A stretch of DNA of 64,000 nt, taken from Tubiluchus corallicola (taxonomy: Eukaryota > Animalia > Priapulida). The stretch spans positions 1,054,001 through 1,118,000 of the forward strand of contig JAQGDQ010000014.1 of assembly GCA_030141605.1 (NCBI GenBank). Direction: 5' to 3'. Within the stretch, counting starts at the first letter, position 1, and the number at the start of each line of letters is the position of its first letter. Shown one piece after another: positions 1 to 12,920 of this stretch. Both the position numbers and the translations under genes were made by a program. The notes beneath the pieces were generated by a model that saw nothing but the letters and a program-made list of their open reading frames with translations, searched no databases and had not been told where the DNA came from.

Positions 1-1127
1 AACAAAAGAAAAACTATTAATTAGTAAATTAATATACGAACAAATAGCTGGCAATGTTTCTGGTAAGTCACCGACCATGCAGGTCTGAATTCTCATCCCT
101 ACAGAAGACGTAACCAATCCAGGCTTGATTTCTCCATTAGGTACAAACTTAGATAGTTAGAGCAAGTGGGAGTCATCGATTGGTCCCGGGTTCAAGGCCT
201 GATGCATTCAAAGCTTTTTGATATCACTCTCAATATCACAAGAAATTTGCCTTAAAGGTGATTGTCTTTAACATATTCATTCATATTTCATACTCCTATT
301 CATATTTACTAGTGCCAAAAATACATACAATACGAGAAAAAACAAGACATACATACAATTTAAATTTTGAAATATACTGAAAAAGCAGACAAGCAAAACA
401 ATTAATGGTAAAATTACTGATAACATAAACGATAAGGTTTATTAATTATGGGTAATCACAGTTAAAACATTTCTATGAAACAAAAATTTGGTGCATTTTT
501 TATAAATGTGCCGTCAGACCCAAGCAGAATTACATAAATACCATTATACACGTAATAAGAGCTGAGGCTTGGCACAATAAATCACACCTAAAGCGCAAAT
601 TCACAAAGATTTATTTCAAATCATTTTACAGCTTTTGTGAGATTTTCCCGCACCAAGATACATCATTTAAAGAAAACGAAGCGATTTATATAAATTTAAA
701 CTGATGTCGCGAGATTTCTTGCAAAAACCAGACCGTATGTGACGTCAGCTTGAGTCTAGAATGACACCTTTCATTTCCTGCAGGGTGAATAGCATTAAAT
801 GAAGATCGCTAATTATAGTAATTACCACAGAGACCAATCCAAATAGCTGACATTCTACGAAAAGCAAAAGGTTTTACGTTTATTTTGTTTTGTTCTTTTC
901 GTGATGTATTAAACAACTCCTACTGCTTAACAAAATAATGCTGAAGCTATTCCATTCTGTAAAACAATGCACAGAAAGTAATAGGCCTTACATTTATTCA
1001 CATACTGATGCGGAATTTCAAAAGAATTAAAATGTGGACGCTGCCCATTGAAACAAGTTTTATTAGCATTTGCATCACATAAATACCCTTGTTCTCAATT
1101 TTTTATCTAGCCCAATTATACACCATA

Positions 1128-1448
1128 CTAGAAGCCCGGCTATCTTGCAGAATGCAAATACCAGCGTAGCCATGTATGTAAAACCGACTATAACGTAACC
1201 CACTTACTTCTCGTTGCAGAACAACGCCTTCTCGCCCGCAAAGATTTTTCTATTTTTTTTAACAACGCCTGCCTTACGGGCGCCGTAATTTTGCATCAAA
1301 ACAAACAATTTTTCGACAATCTATTGGCTGATGTACCACGACTGATTCACGAGTTGCTAAAGTATGCTTAGACAAAATGCAACTTAATGTGCTATACACA
1401 ATTTTCGCCTGTATCTGAAAACACCGGTATTTATAATTTAGGAGAAGA
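1128..1448 (-). mobile_element. Possible non-autonomous Helitron
   Basis: Minus strand starts TCttctcctaaattataaat and ends with hairpin (ttgca-ttc-tgcaa) + CTAG|T; 5' flank is not the expected A. Confidence 0.35.
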
Positions 1449-3352
1449 CGCAGTTATCATCAGTGTTCTATCGAAAAAACGTCCTGGGTTGGGTGGCCGA
1501 ATAATTTAGATTTCGAACTGCAACCATGCAGTTCTGACTTCGAATTTAGTGACTACCAACGTCAGGCCACATACCCTACATATTATTCGTCGTTTGTGTG
1601 TTGCGTTCTTACCTGTTTAAGTGTATCGCTAAATAGCCATTACTGCTAATGTTGTCTGTTAAATGAGCGACGGTAAATAAATCTTGTCGTTGTCTTTCGT
1701 CTTTTGCTTTGTCGTTTTAACCACGTACTGCAGACTGTATGGGTTTAAAGGTCAGCAGCCGATCGAAAACGGTTTCTTGCATTTATCTTTGCATTTCAAT
1801 GATAAATTCAAAACTGAAGCTCAGTTTATTCTACGGATGATGACTTCAATAATAAGTTTGCAGCTCCTTAACGCGAGGCAGTTCATAACCATCTCCGTCA
1901 TAATGCTGACAAATGTATTAAGTTTTCATTTACAGGGTATTAGAGGGAAGACTAAGGAGAGAAGCTTGTACGCTCTTGAAACAAGCTAATTAAGTTAAAA
2001 TGGATAAAATGTACTCGTGTTTGTTGCAAGCATAAGGTTGATAATCGGTAATCAGTACTAATTAAATATAGCCATTTAACAGCTTTCCGTAGGCATTAAA
2101 GAGGATGTTGTAAATCAAGTAATTACTGTGGGCAATTATGCAGATAATGGAGACTTTGTGGGAAGCCATATTGTGTGAACTCAATTGTTACTTAGACTAA
2201 TTATTATAGCGCGTCTGTCTAAGCCTGTTATTACAGATATCGGTGGCTTCTTTCTGAGAAGTAAAAAATCATAATAACTGCGACTATAATACATGCTATT
2301 AAAATTTAAACTAGAAAACTTTCCAAAATAGATATACAGAAATTTCAAAAACACTGATTAGGCATTTAAGTTTACTTAAGAAACGCAAACTAAAGCGCGA
2401 CAATTTTGATCAAATAGGCAAAAGACAAGAATAATACGGCAATGACTTATAAAGTGAATAAAATACTGATCAACCATGTTATATTATAGCCTGATATAAC
2501 GTAAAAGATGAAATATCAACAGCGTGCTTATAATCGTGCTATCATTGAGCTTTCTCTTGCAGTGCAACTGACGTGTCAGTTGAATCTGGGAGTTCCTTAT
2601 AGAAGCAGCCTTGTGCGCAATGTGCATGTACTAGGATGTTTTTGTACCTACAGCAAAATTAATACGATTACACATTGTAGAAGATAGACTGACAAAGTAG
2701 CTAAGAAAGAGCCTCCCAAAATAGACACTGTTAAACCGTTTCAGCAAATGTCAACAAAATATGATCAGTTTTAAATTACCTTAGTCTTATAGTTGTCAGT
2801 CTTCGCATTTTTGCCAAATTGGAATGCATTCCTACAGCTATAAGATTATTAAAACAGAGGCGATTTTTATTGAATTTCACACAGTGTAATTGTGATTTTC
2901 GGTGCACTTATTCTGATTTCACTCAATTCTCATCCCACTATAATAAAAAGGTTGGTGAAAGAGCAGTGAAGCATCAACTATGTTTCTTCTCACCAGTATC
3001 AAATAGCGAAAAGGCAAGTTATGTCTGCCCTCTGTTTACTTGAGTATTCCGCAAAGTGAAGAAAGTAATGCGCTCTCCGGGGAGGAAAGAGCAACTTTAA
3101 CTAACTAAGTGTGAAAAATTAGTTTTCTCGCTATCTCGGATTGTAATAGAAATTGATCCTCAGTTTGTTTGATAAGTTGACCGGTGGCAGTGAATAGTAG
3201 CACATATGAATTCAGAGTTTAACAGCAGTGCTACATTGAGGATTGTGACTTGTGAGTGTACGGGGGATAGCTTTGTGTATGGCCAATTAAAGAACGGCAG
3301 TGACTACATCTATTGTATATCACGCAAGTACAGCCACTGCAGCATAAGGTAG

Positions 3353-3591
3353 ACGGCTGTTGTTTAAAGGACTACCGGACAAAAGATCTCCCCAGACAAA
3401 GGACCATCAGTCAAAGGACCACCGGACAAAGGATCACCCCGGACGAAGGACCACCGGACAAAGCGGTCAGAGGGCCACCAGTTAGGTGGGTGGACAAAGG
3501 ACACCAGTGGATGTGCTGACATCAGCTTTAGTGAAATTGCAACTTTGACTTTTCATGTGAATCTTTGTCCGGTGGTCCGTTGACAGTCCCA
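3353..3591. mobile_element. MITE with internal tandem aaaggaccaccggac repeats
   Basis: About 8 degenerate 15-16-bp repeats at 3366-3507 and an inverted copy ctttgtccggtggtcc at 3563-3578. Confidence 0.65.
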
Positions 3592-4684
3592 CAAGATAGA
3601 CAACTAGACATCGTGCTTGGCCGACACAGTGAGAGTGTTGGACAGAACAGAGGGCTAATTTAGGTGGTAATTTGGGCTACTTATTATGTAGAGTCCTCTA
3701 GGGATTTCGGTTATATCGAAAACTAAAAAGCTTTGCTACTTTTTGTTTCATTACAGTGGGCTACTAATCGTATCAAATCGAATTATAAAAGTACGACGTA
3801 AGACGCGGGAATGATTTTAAGAGCTGAAATGGTTCACAAAAAATCCACAATAATGAAATTCAAAAGAACTAGCAAAGACGGTTTCAGTAAGCAACATCAC
3901 CCGCTGTCTTCACGTGGAAAGAAAAGAATTAAAATTACTAAAACAGTTTTCAATCTTGTAATTAAAAAAAGTATCACTTAAGTAAGGGCAGAAAAACTGA
4001 AAAGAAAATACGTAAAATACCACCACAACACTTAATCTGGTTAAACACAGCAGAGAAATGCAATAGTCATGCAGCTTTTGTACATTCTAAAATTTCGTAC
4101 GTTTACGACTAGTAGGAACAAAGCCGTGAAGTTTACAGGCGCCAAGTGGCACGTCAAAGAAAATATATTACATGTAAGACCCTATAGGTGACACTGCAGC
4201 TGCAGTGATGTCATAGTTTGGCAGCAACGATGCAACAAATTGACTACCACAAAAAACTCAAGAAACATGGCACCAAGGAGTTATAGAATGACAAGAAAAG
4301 GCTGCGAGCTATAATACTGTACACGTACAAAGCAAACGGATACAGTTCAAAACGAGTTTTCTTAATGAAATCTTAAAAAAGCAAAAGCTTATTGTCAACG
4401 TAAGAATGCTTTAGCTGCTAGCCCTCGTTGCCCTGAAGGTATACTCAGTTACACTGAGGTTTATTACTTAGTGTTCAATGACTGTTCACATATGAATTAT
4501 GTGAATTGCAGCTATAAAAACACGCGTTTATATATATATTTATTTATTACATCACCTGAATACAATGACTGTGCATACGTGGACATTTTATATATTGATA
4601 ATGATGATGACGGTGGCGGCAACAGCATCAGTAATGATAACGGCTACTGCGATCAATTCTCAATATTGACCATAGACTACGACA

Positions 4685-7140
4685 TCATAGCTGTATAAGC
4701 CGATAAAAGTCGGAAGAACTGTGGAAATGATCCATAAATTTTAACTGTGCTACGGGAGCGGGTAAATAATGATCTACTGGCTCTCTAGGCATCAGAATAA
4801 GATCTTGTTTCCAGGGACCGCACATGCTAACAGCGGTCGGATGCAACCGATTCCTATAAACCATTTTTCCATTCGGCAACAATGTTCTATAAGATATACA
4901 TAGACTTAGAACAATGCTACAATAAATAAATTGCCTTGGCTGGTTTTAATCATCAAATTTCTGTATTTACTCACAGCTAAATTCTAAAGCAATGCGAGCA
5001 CACGGGGCGGATAGGCAAATAACTGGGGCGTCCTCCAAAGCGACATTTGGTGTTGGAGAAATTAAGACGGTTCTTATGAGTTTTCAGCGTTATGAAGACA
5101 GTTAGCCCAGCTGGGTAAAAAATCAACGCTTGCGAAAATTCACGTCTGCATTTGCAAATAGAACCGAATAGAAATCTGTTTTATTTGAATACGTAGAAAC
5201 ATTTTGACTGGTCATTAATTAAATTATTGGGCCACTGAATATCAAAACAAAGGTTTAGATTAAGTAATATTGAACAAGTAATTTAAAACATTTAATTAGC
5301 CCTGTTCAGATGGTGCTGTACATGTATCACTTTATGGTATAGCACACAAGGATACCAAATACACAGTTATACATGTAATATACATCATTATCAAAACATA
5401 ATATATACAAGTGTTCTGAAAATTCTGCTAGACGTTGTCCACCTGGCAGTATTATGTCAATGGTTCCACATTTGCACATTGGAGTATTCTCTGTTGCATT
5501 GTAACCTCAAAGAGTTACTCTCAGGCACTGACCAATGTCCAGTTGCTTTTGTACACTTTCATTCTCATTACCCATTTGTACTTTCTGTCTGTCTGTACAG
5601 TATCAGTGCTTCCCCTTCATTTATTTTCAACTTGGTTTTTTCTCCGCTCTGCTCTGTGAGCCCAGTTCAGATGTCCGTGTAATCATATCAGGTTTAGCAA
5701 CTGAGCCGAGATAACCTCGTTTCTGTCTGCAGCGAGTAAAACAGAACTGGCTTCTGAACAGCATAGCCAGGAGTGTAAGATAAGTTACATCTAATTACGA
5801 GAAATTTATACCTCGCCAACAGGCCGATTAGAGCTCGTGCCGAAAGGAAATTAACCCTATAAAATCCAACTATACAGATAGATAGCTACAGACAGCTGAT
5901 AAAGCATGACATTCTAAATTTGGTGTCGTTGATTTGACAATGATGAGCTGAGAGACAATTTTATACCTGACGTATATCTGACAATCCCTCACGAACCATT
6001 AGATTCTGCAATAAAACTTGCTAAAACTTTCCATTGCATTAGCTCTCTGAATTAAAAGCTCCTCCAAGAACCCGGAGTTAAAACATAAACCAGCCGCACA
6101 ATGGAAAGTATCGTCTTCAAGGCCTCGTAATGCGTGTACAGTGTACACTTATAATAGTTCACAAAAAGTTGGCATTATCTCTAATGCAACCATATAAAAT
6201 AAACGCACGGAGGTGTTGAAACAGATGCATCGTAACTTCAACTTTAAGTAAAATTAATGTTGTAAAATAACAAGAACCTACGTTATAGGATTGCAACAAT
6301 CAGTCTACCAAAATAATGGTAAGTATTATTCGGTCAGCGCAGGACTAAATACTAGTCTCAGGACTAAATTACACAGTCAGCACTAAAAAATTAAAATACA
6401 AGTACAAATTTCATAGCGTTGGAAGTATTAATGTAGCTGTGACACTTATACACGGTAGTTTATGTTGACATTTACATAATTACTTTCACCTCACAGAGCT
6501 GAAGGAAAATTAGAAATTTCATATTCTTATTTGGCAAACAATTTTCATGCGATACATATCCAATCATGAAAAACATACTGATCACAATGTAAAATTTGCT
6601 TTTAAAATATTTGACTTAATATTTAGCAGTAAGATGTAAAAGACAATTATAGGTTCACGGTGGTAGGTTGTCTCGTTCATGGGTTCATAGTGGTGCATTT
6701 TTGCTGTTTGTGCTTTTGAAACAGCAGCAAATTTGCTCCGTTGTATATAGAGTTTTCAAAACGCTTGAATTAAAGTGTATTGGCATACAATGATTTTAAA
6801 TTTTTCCCCGTAAGAGCCTGAATTCCATCTTACAGGGTCGCAAATTCTATAAAAAATCTCCAGACAAAGTAGGTCACCATATACCTACCTATTATGAAAT
6901 ATTAGGCGATTGCAAACATTTACAAGATATGTACAATTTCTTTTACGCACAGACTCATTTGTAGTGAAGAATTTTGTTTTCGTGAAGCCAAGACAATATA
7001 TAGTGCTTGAAGCCACTAGACATTCATTATGTATGATACTGTGCGTAAATGTTGTTAACCTTTCCTGTTGGAGAGAGACACCTGACTATACGTGACGTAG
7101 GACTCTCTTCGTCAAAAAAGCGAAACATAAGGAAAAATCC
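4685..7140 (-). CDS. Putative 3' exons of an unidentified gene (7140-7060, 6005-5983, 5856-5812, 4886-4685)
   Basis: Four segments with pyrimidine-tract AG acceptors and GT donors can be joined in frame; one join needs a weaker gtcaga donor. No family recognised. Confidence 0.35.
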
Positions 7141-7398
7141 CTACACTGAAAAAAAATCGCATAGGCCTGTTAATTGTGAATAGTAAACCTAATAAAGATG
7201 GGCTCATTTTCAGCACTTAAAGATATTACATTTTCGGAAATTTCTTCAATTTTTAACTAATGTAATCTAGTTCAAATAAATTTTTGGTCACCTTTCATTG
7301 AAAATGTTAAAACCAAAGATGAAAATTTTAGATTTGTTTCGTAACTGGAACATTCTGATGTTTAAGCAAGAACTAGCTATTAAAGGAGTAGTCGTATT

Positions 7399-8445
7399 TA
7401 AGGGTGTTCAAGTTTCGAGACGGGGTTGCGGTTTGGCTGCGGAGTAACGGTTCGGGATCAGGGTTCGCGACTCCGAACCTTTATACAAAATTATGAATAA
7501 ACTGAAATAAAAAAAATTACATATAAATTAGTTCAGTTAGCCTTTAATTGTAGGTGCATAGAATACCGGAGGAAAAAATGTAGTGTACACTCTGAGCAGG
7601 TTCAACCAACACGCACTGCCTGGCTAGCTGTAAATGCATTAATTACCAGTCATTCGTTAATTGAAAAGATAAAACAGTCATGACACGATCCATGGCACCT
7701 ATTTACGGTGAAGATTTTTAAATGAACCACTTATGTAACTTGACTGTAAATGTGTGTTGGAAAATAAATGACGTTAATAATAATAATATAAGTTGGGGCA
7801 TCCTTTCCCCTTGATGTCTGCTTAATCGAAACGTGCACTGAGCTGTATACTTCACTATGCTAAGTAAAAGTAACGGTAATCTCTTTTGCTGTGAATTTAT
7901 ATATTTTTGAAAAGAATAATAAAGCATAATGACTAAGCAACATTACGCACTTGGCGAATTTTAGATAGGAATGAAACTAGTAGCAGTCAGACGAGAATCA
8001 CAAAAAACATTTTTCGTAAGACGATATCATTCTTTTATATATATTCGTAAATCGTTCCAACATTATTGGCAAATCACATACCGCCAGAACAACTTAATCA
8101 CTCGTGTATACAGATGGCTAAATGCACTCTCTCTTTATGTACTACGAAAAGATAAGACATTTTATATTAAACAGCGATTGATAATCACGCTATGCAGCTG
8201 CGGTTAATCAAATCTCAATATAAAATACGTTATCACGAAATTTAATGAGAAATGGCTCATTTTTCTCGCATGCCTCAAAAACCTAAACTAAAAGATATTT
8301 TTTCAAAGATTAGAGTTCAAGGGCGGAGTGGGGACGGGGCGAAAGGTTCGGGAACGGATTTCGGGACAGAACTGAATGTTCGTTAACGGTTTTTAAGAAA
8401 AGTTCGGGTTGGGGATTATGGCGACTCCGAGCCCGAATAGCCCTA
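7399..8445. mobile_element. ~1.05-kb non-autonomous hAT-like element
   Basis: Ends ta(a)gggtgttc / gaatagcccta; (g)ttcggg subterminal motifs at both ends; TSD gtcgtatt / atcgtatt (7/8). Confidence 0.65.
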
Positions 8446-8906
8446 ATCGTATTAATTCATTGTTTAATTAAAAATCTGTAATGCGACTATAGTATACACA
8501 TGTTACGGTTGATATACTGAAAGTTATAAATTATAGACTAATTACCGGGAAGCCCTCTGGTATATGATAATTTGTGCAAAAAGTTTTTCACACGCGTGGT
8601 TCAAATTATAACAGCAGACGGGATAGTCTTGCTAGTGACGGTGATGACGTAGTTAGTTCGTTTACCATCACAAACCCAACTAACTAGAATCACATGGGTT
8701 AGACGAATAAATAACTACTACGATTTCTTTTAGAAAGTGAGACGCTTCCCCTGGGATATTGTTTATTATACCTTATACGCCTTTTCTGCGTATATTAGAA
8801 TTAGTACTGACTTACTTATATTCAACTGATAAGAATCGTAAATGTATTATAAAAACAATGAGCTTATTATTCCCCATAAAGAGAGATAAGATTAAAATGA
8901 CATGTC

Positions 8907-9192
8907 CAGTGCCGGATTTAGGTATAAGCTAAATAAGCTGTAGCTTAGGGCCTCGCACTCTACCTGAGGCCCTCAAAAAGATTCCAGATTGGATTTTATA
9001 CTCATTTTTATAATTAACTACTAATTAGGTAATATTTTAGTCATAAAATAATTTTTATTGTTCACTTGGCTATTAAATAATTAAAAGGCATATATATATA
9101 TATTGAACTTTCTTTAGACCAGTTGGTTCAAAAGAGAAGGTCCCCAGGGCTTTATAAAGCTTAGGGCCCCAGCAAATCTAAATCCAGCACAG
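8907..9192. mobile_element. Non-autonomous hAT-type MITE
   Basis: TIR cagtgccggattta / taaatccagcacag; perfect 8-bp TSD gacatgtc (8899-8906, 9193-9200). Confidence 0.88.
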
Positions 9193-9653
9193 GACATGTC
9201 ACTGTCTTTTCTTTATTGCAAGCCAAATATTACGTTCAAATGGTTACAGTAGACGCTGTTCTATCATTCGTTAATACTACAAGGTTAATCCAGACAATGT
9301 TGTCAGATTAAAGCCTCTTGTTACGTAACACCAGACTCAGCTTATGTCTGACTAAAATAATTAAACTCTGTCTGTCTGTCTGTCTGTCTGTCTATAAACG
9401 ACCAGGCGTTCATTGCAGATTAAATCTAAGCTATTATTGAACATGTAAATTGATGGCAGAACAGATTTGTGACTGAAAAAACGAAATGTGATTAGAAAAC
9501 ACCAGCACCTATATATTTGTTTTCACCTGGCTTTTCAATTCGTCAAACGGCATAAGTTTAATACTTGCTTATTGTATTTTAACCGTCTCTTTGAAACTAC
9601 TGATAACGTATTTGTACTTTGAGTCAAAGTAGGTGTAAAGATATTGATGCATT

Positions 9654-10133
9654 TGATCAAAATATCACATAGCTCATGTTGATGAATATGATCAAAATAT
9701 CCCATAGCTCACGTTGATTAGTATGATCAAAATATCACATAGCTCATGTTGTCGAATATGATCAAAGTATCACATAGCACGTGTTGATGAATATGATCAA
9801 AATATCACATAGCTCATGTTGATGAATATGATCAAAATATCACGTAGTTCATGTTGATTAGTATGATCAAAATATCACATAGTTCATGTTGATGAATATG
9901 ATCAAAATATCACATAGCTCACGTTGATTAGTATGATCAAAATATCACATAGTTCATGTTGATTAGTATGATCAAAATATCACATAGCTCGTGTTGATGA
10001 ATATGATCAAAATATCACATAGCTCACGTTGATTAGTATGATCAAAATATCACATAGTTCATGTTGATGAATATGATCAAAATATCATATAGCTTATGTC
10101 GATGAATGTGATCAGAATATCACACAGCTCATG
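9654..10133. repeat. 35-bp minisatellite, ~13.7 copies
   Basis: Unit tgatcaaaatatcacatagctcatgttgatgaata with gattagta/gatgaata variants; no spacers. Confidence 0.97.
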
Positions 10134-12384
10134 AACTACATACTAAGAAAAGGCAAAATTACAATTAATTTCCACATAATGAAATTCAAACATATTAACG
10201 AAGTAGTTCTTTATACATTGCGATGTTTATGTTAAAGGCAGGGGCTGTAGTCTAGCGCGCCAAATTTTGGGGGCTCAATATTTAAAAAATCTTATTCTCC
10301 TCGGAAATGTGCATCCTTTCGGATTTATGTAGAGCATATTTTTTATATCTGAGTCCACTTTTATATAACCTCATATAACAAACAAGGACAATTGTTGTAG
10401 CGCCATGAAAATGTATATGTAATTAACAATAACCATGTATGTAGGTATTAGGTAATGGAGTATTAATACACCACAAGTAAATGTGTACAACGCTTAGCAT
10501 ATAGAAAACCATATATCCATGATAGAGCGGGACTCACCTATCAGACTAGAGTGTCGTAAGGTCTTAATTGATACGCCCTTGGCTAATTTCTTATTATTTT
10601 TTAGTTTTGTTATTTTTTAAGCTCTAAATGTAGTCACATGTGCTATAACATTATTTTGCAAATATCGAATAATTTTGACGTATAATTATGACATTTTCTT
10701 ACATGCCAGTCGCCAATTCAACACAGAACATATTATGCATCGCGTTTAATAATAAATTGAAGGATAACAAATAAACATTTTCGGAGTTAATGAAAACAAA
10801 TACGCCTCATGAGTGCATCATCTTAATTTTATCCTAAATGTTTTATAAAAACAGGGCGTTTTATAAAAACAGGGGAATTTATTCGAATGTGATCTTGAGT
10901 CAGAGACGAAACGTTCCTGTTTCATAATTTCCACGCCACAGTACTAAACACTTGACAACTTAATATTCAAACCAACTATACAGCGCCTAATTAATGTTAA
11001 ACGATGGTTGTGTATGTAGGTCGCTTTTGGTCTTTCTGGCGCCTTTAACTGCACATGTTTGAGAGCTCAAACGCAAATAAATTATTTTATTTTAAGCTAA
11101 AGGAAGGATTGTTTAGACTCAACCTCATTTTAATTTACTGTCCAAAATATACATTCTCTTGCCTATAAAAGTTAACAATTGTTCCTTATATTTGAATATT
11201 TAGCTTAGAAAGTTAATTAACGGCAACCGAACACAGCTATTGCTTACGTCAGAAACTAACCACAGTTTGTGCAATGGCAGGCGTCTTCCCTTGCGCGTCA
11301 AGCACATTGGTGTTACAGTACTGCTTAAACGCGTGATGTCACGAAAAATGGGCTCTAGATCATATGACGTCAGAAACTAACACTGCAGTTCACGATCATG
11401 CTTATCACCGTACCGCCTTCTATTTGTCGGCTACGCGAATATGACAAAAAGACGCCGCTGCCAGTCTTATCCGCGCGTAGCTTTGAAAGTTTAACGAAAT
11501 TTGAGTATCCGAGGTGATTATTATTTAATCTAAGCTTTGATTTAAAATAAGCTGTTGTAGTTTTCAATATTTTAGAGCATTCTTTATTCTGAACTCATGT
11601 TTACTAATCATCCGGTTTTCCTTTAACTTATCTTTGGCTTTTTCAAAAATTCATTTTGCATGTGTTGCAGAAGTATCATTTGCTAACATAGGTGCAAATA
11701 CATATAATATATACATGAATATTTTACAGAAAGACTCTTATTTGACTTAATGGTGATTTCTTTTGCACTCTATGCGTAAGCATAAGCAATTCGAGTCCTC
11801 ATAACATTATTAATATTCATCCTATAAAGCTCAGTTTTGAGACAAGTCCTGAGGACCGCTCTATATGATTGATGATTATACGTTTAATAAGGTAATTAAT
11901 GCAATTGAGAAGTCGTAACTCCATTTATCAATGTGCAGGCTTGGCATCCTGTTCTACTAGATGCATGGCTCGAATGACAGTAATTAAGCGTGCATTAGCA
12001 GTACCAGAGTGGCGTTGCTATGTACTCGAATATCATTAAGTGAAAAATGTGTGAGGTCCTATGCTATGAAAACTTGAAATACACCAAGCCTGCAGGTTTG
12101 CCCCCTCCCCATTTCGTACTCGCAGGTTAAAATTGCGTGCCTTTTTACATGGTTGCCGCAGATGACGCCAGGTACGTGTTGAAATATGTCTGGGAATTTT
12201 AGTGTGTTTTACTGTATAATAAATGTTATGAGTTTTTACGCTCTGACTAGGTTTCAAAGTTCATGTCAAGTTTGAAACTTCCAAAAACAAGTCAATGTCA
12301 TAGATACTCGCTTTTTCTGGACATGCAATCCTTCAGTTCATCTAACTTACATGATGAACATAAATGACCTACACAGTTTTACCT

Positions 12385-12510
12385 AATTAGAATTTAGAAT
12401 TTTACTGGCATACACATTACATTACAATGACACACATACAGCAAAACAACAACAAAGTACAAAACAAAGCGATTACATTATAGTTATAGTAGCCAAAAAG
12501 CATAACAAAT

Positions 12511-12554
<44 letters not shown>

Positions 12555-12920
12555 GGTATAAATGCAATTGACATATCGTGAAAATTAATAAATAGTAATA
12601 TCAACATTTATGTATTAGTACTATTTATTATGTTGCTTTGTTTTTTCAGTGCTGTAATTCAAAGATTACTACTTTAATTTAACACAAGTCTTATTTAACC
12701 TTATTGATAAAACAGGTATGATTACAGATGGCGTTACCGGTCTGAAGTTTAATTTAGAACTTCTTTCTTTGTAAACTACAGCGCCAACGGTTGTTGTACT
12801 TGAGTCAACCAGCGCATTAGATGTGTTCAAGTTTGGTTCTATGGATCGTGAACAATAACTAAAAATGTTTTAAAAGCTACCAGACTCAATACGGGCTGGC
12901 TCATAAATCATCCCTGATTG
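12385..12920 (-). mobile_element. Degenerate CR1-like LINE 3' end with embedded (TA)n
   Basis: Broken TTT.G...YKERSSKLNFR segment and a tail-like aattctaaattctaa; weak. Confidence 0.3.
12516..12550. repeat. (TA)n microsatellite
   Basis: Seen directly. Confidence 0.95.

Noticed and set aside
150-205. tRNA-like A/B boxes (also ~1485-1545 and ~47200-47255)
   Set aside because: No cloverleaf or acceptor stem; at most decayed SINE heads, not tRNA genes.
1735-1780. ggtc...gatc gaaaac hammerhead-like stretch and the 101-aa ORF at 1684-1989
   Set aside because: Core 5' box absent; the ORF has no ATG at its start and no recognisable motifs.
5435-5790. Coding-looking segment between the putative orphan exons
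   Set aside because: Stops in all minus-strand frames; weak GQC...GY...PMCKCG similarity suggests a decayed LINE 3' end.
9654-10133. CRISPR-like 35-bp repeats
   Set aside because: Head-to-tail units with no unique spacers, no cas genes, eukaryotic context.
10239-10581. Possible hAT MITE (caggggc...gcccttg)
   Set aside because: Flanks gttaaagg / gctaattt do not form a TSD; too degenerate to call.
12770-12830. LVDSSTTTVGAVV resembling the Gypsy RNase H DAS...GAVL motif
   Set aside because: No other LTR-element motifs nearby; context fits a CR1 3' end at least as well.
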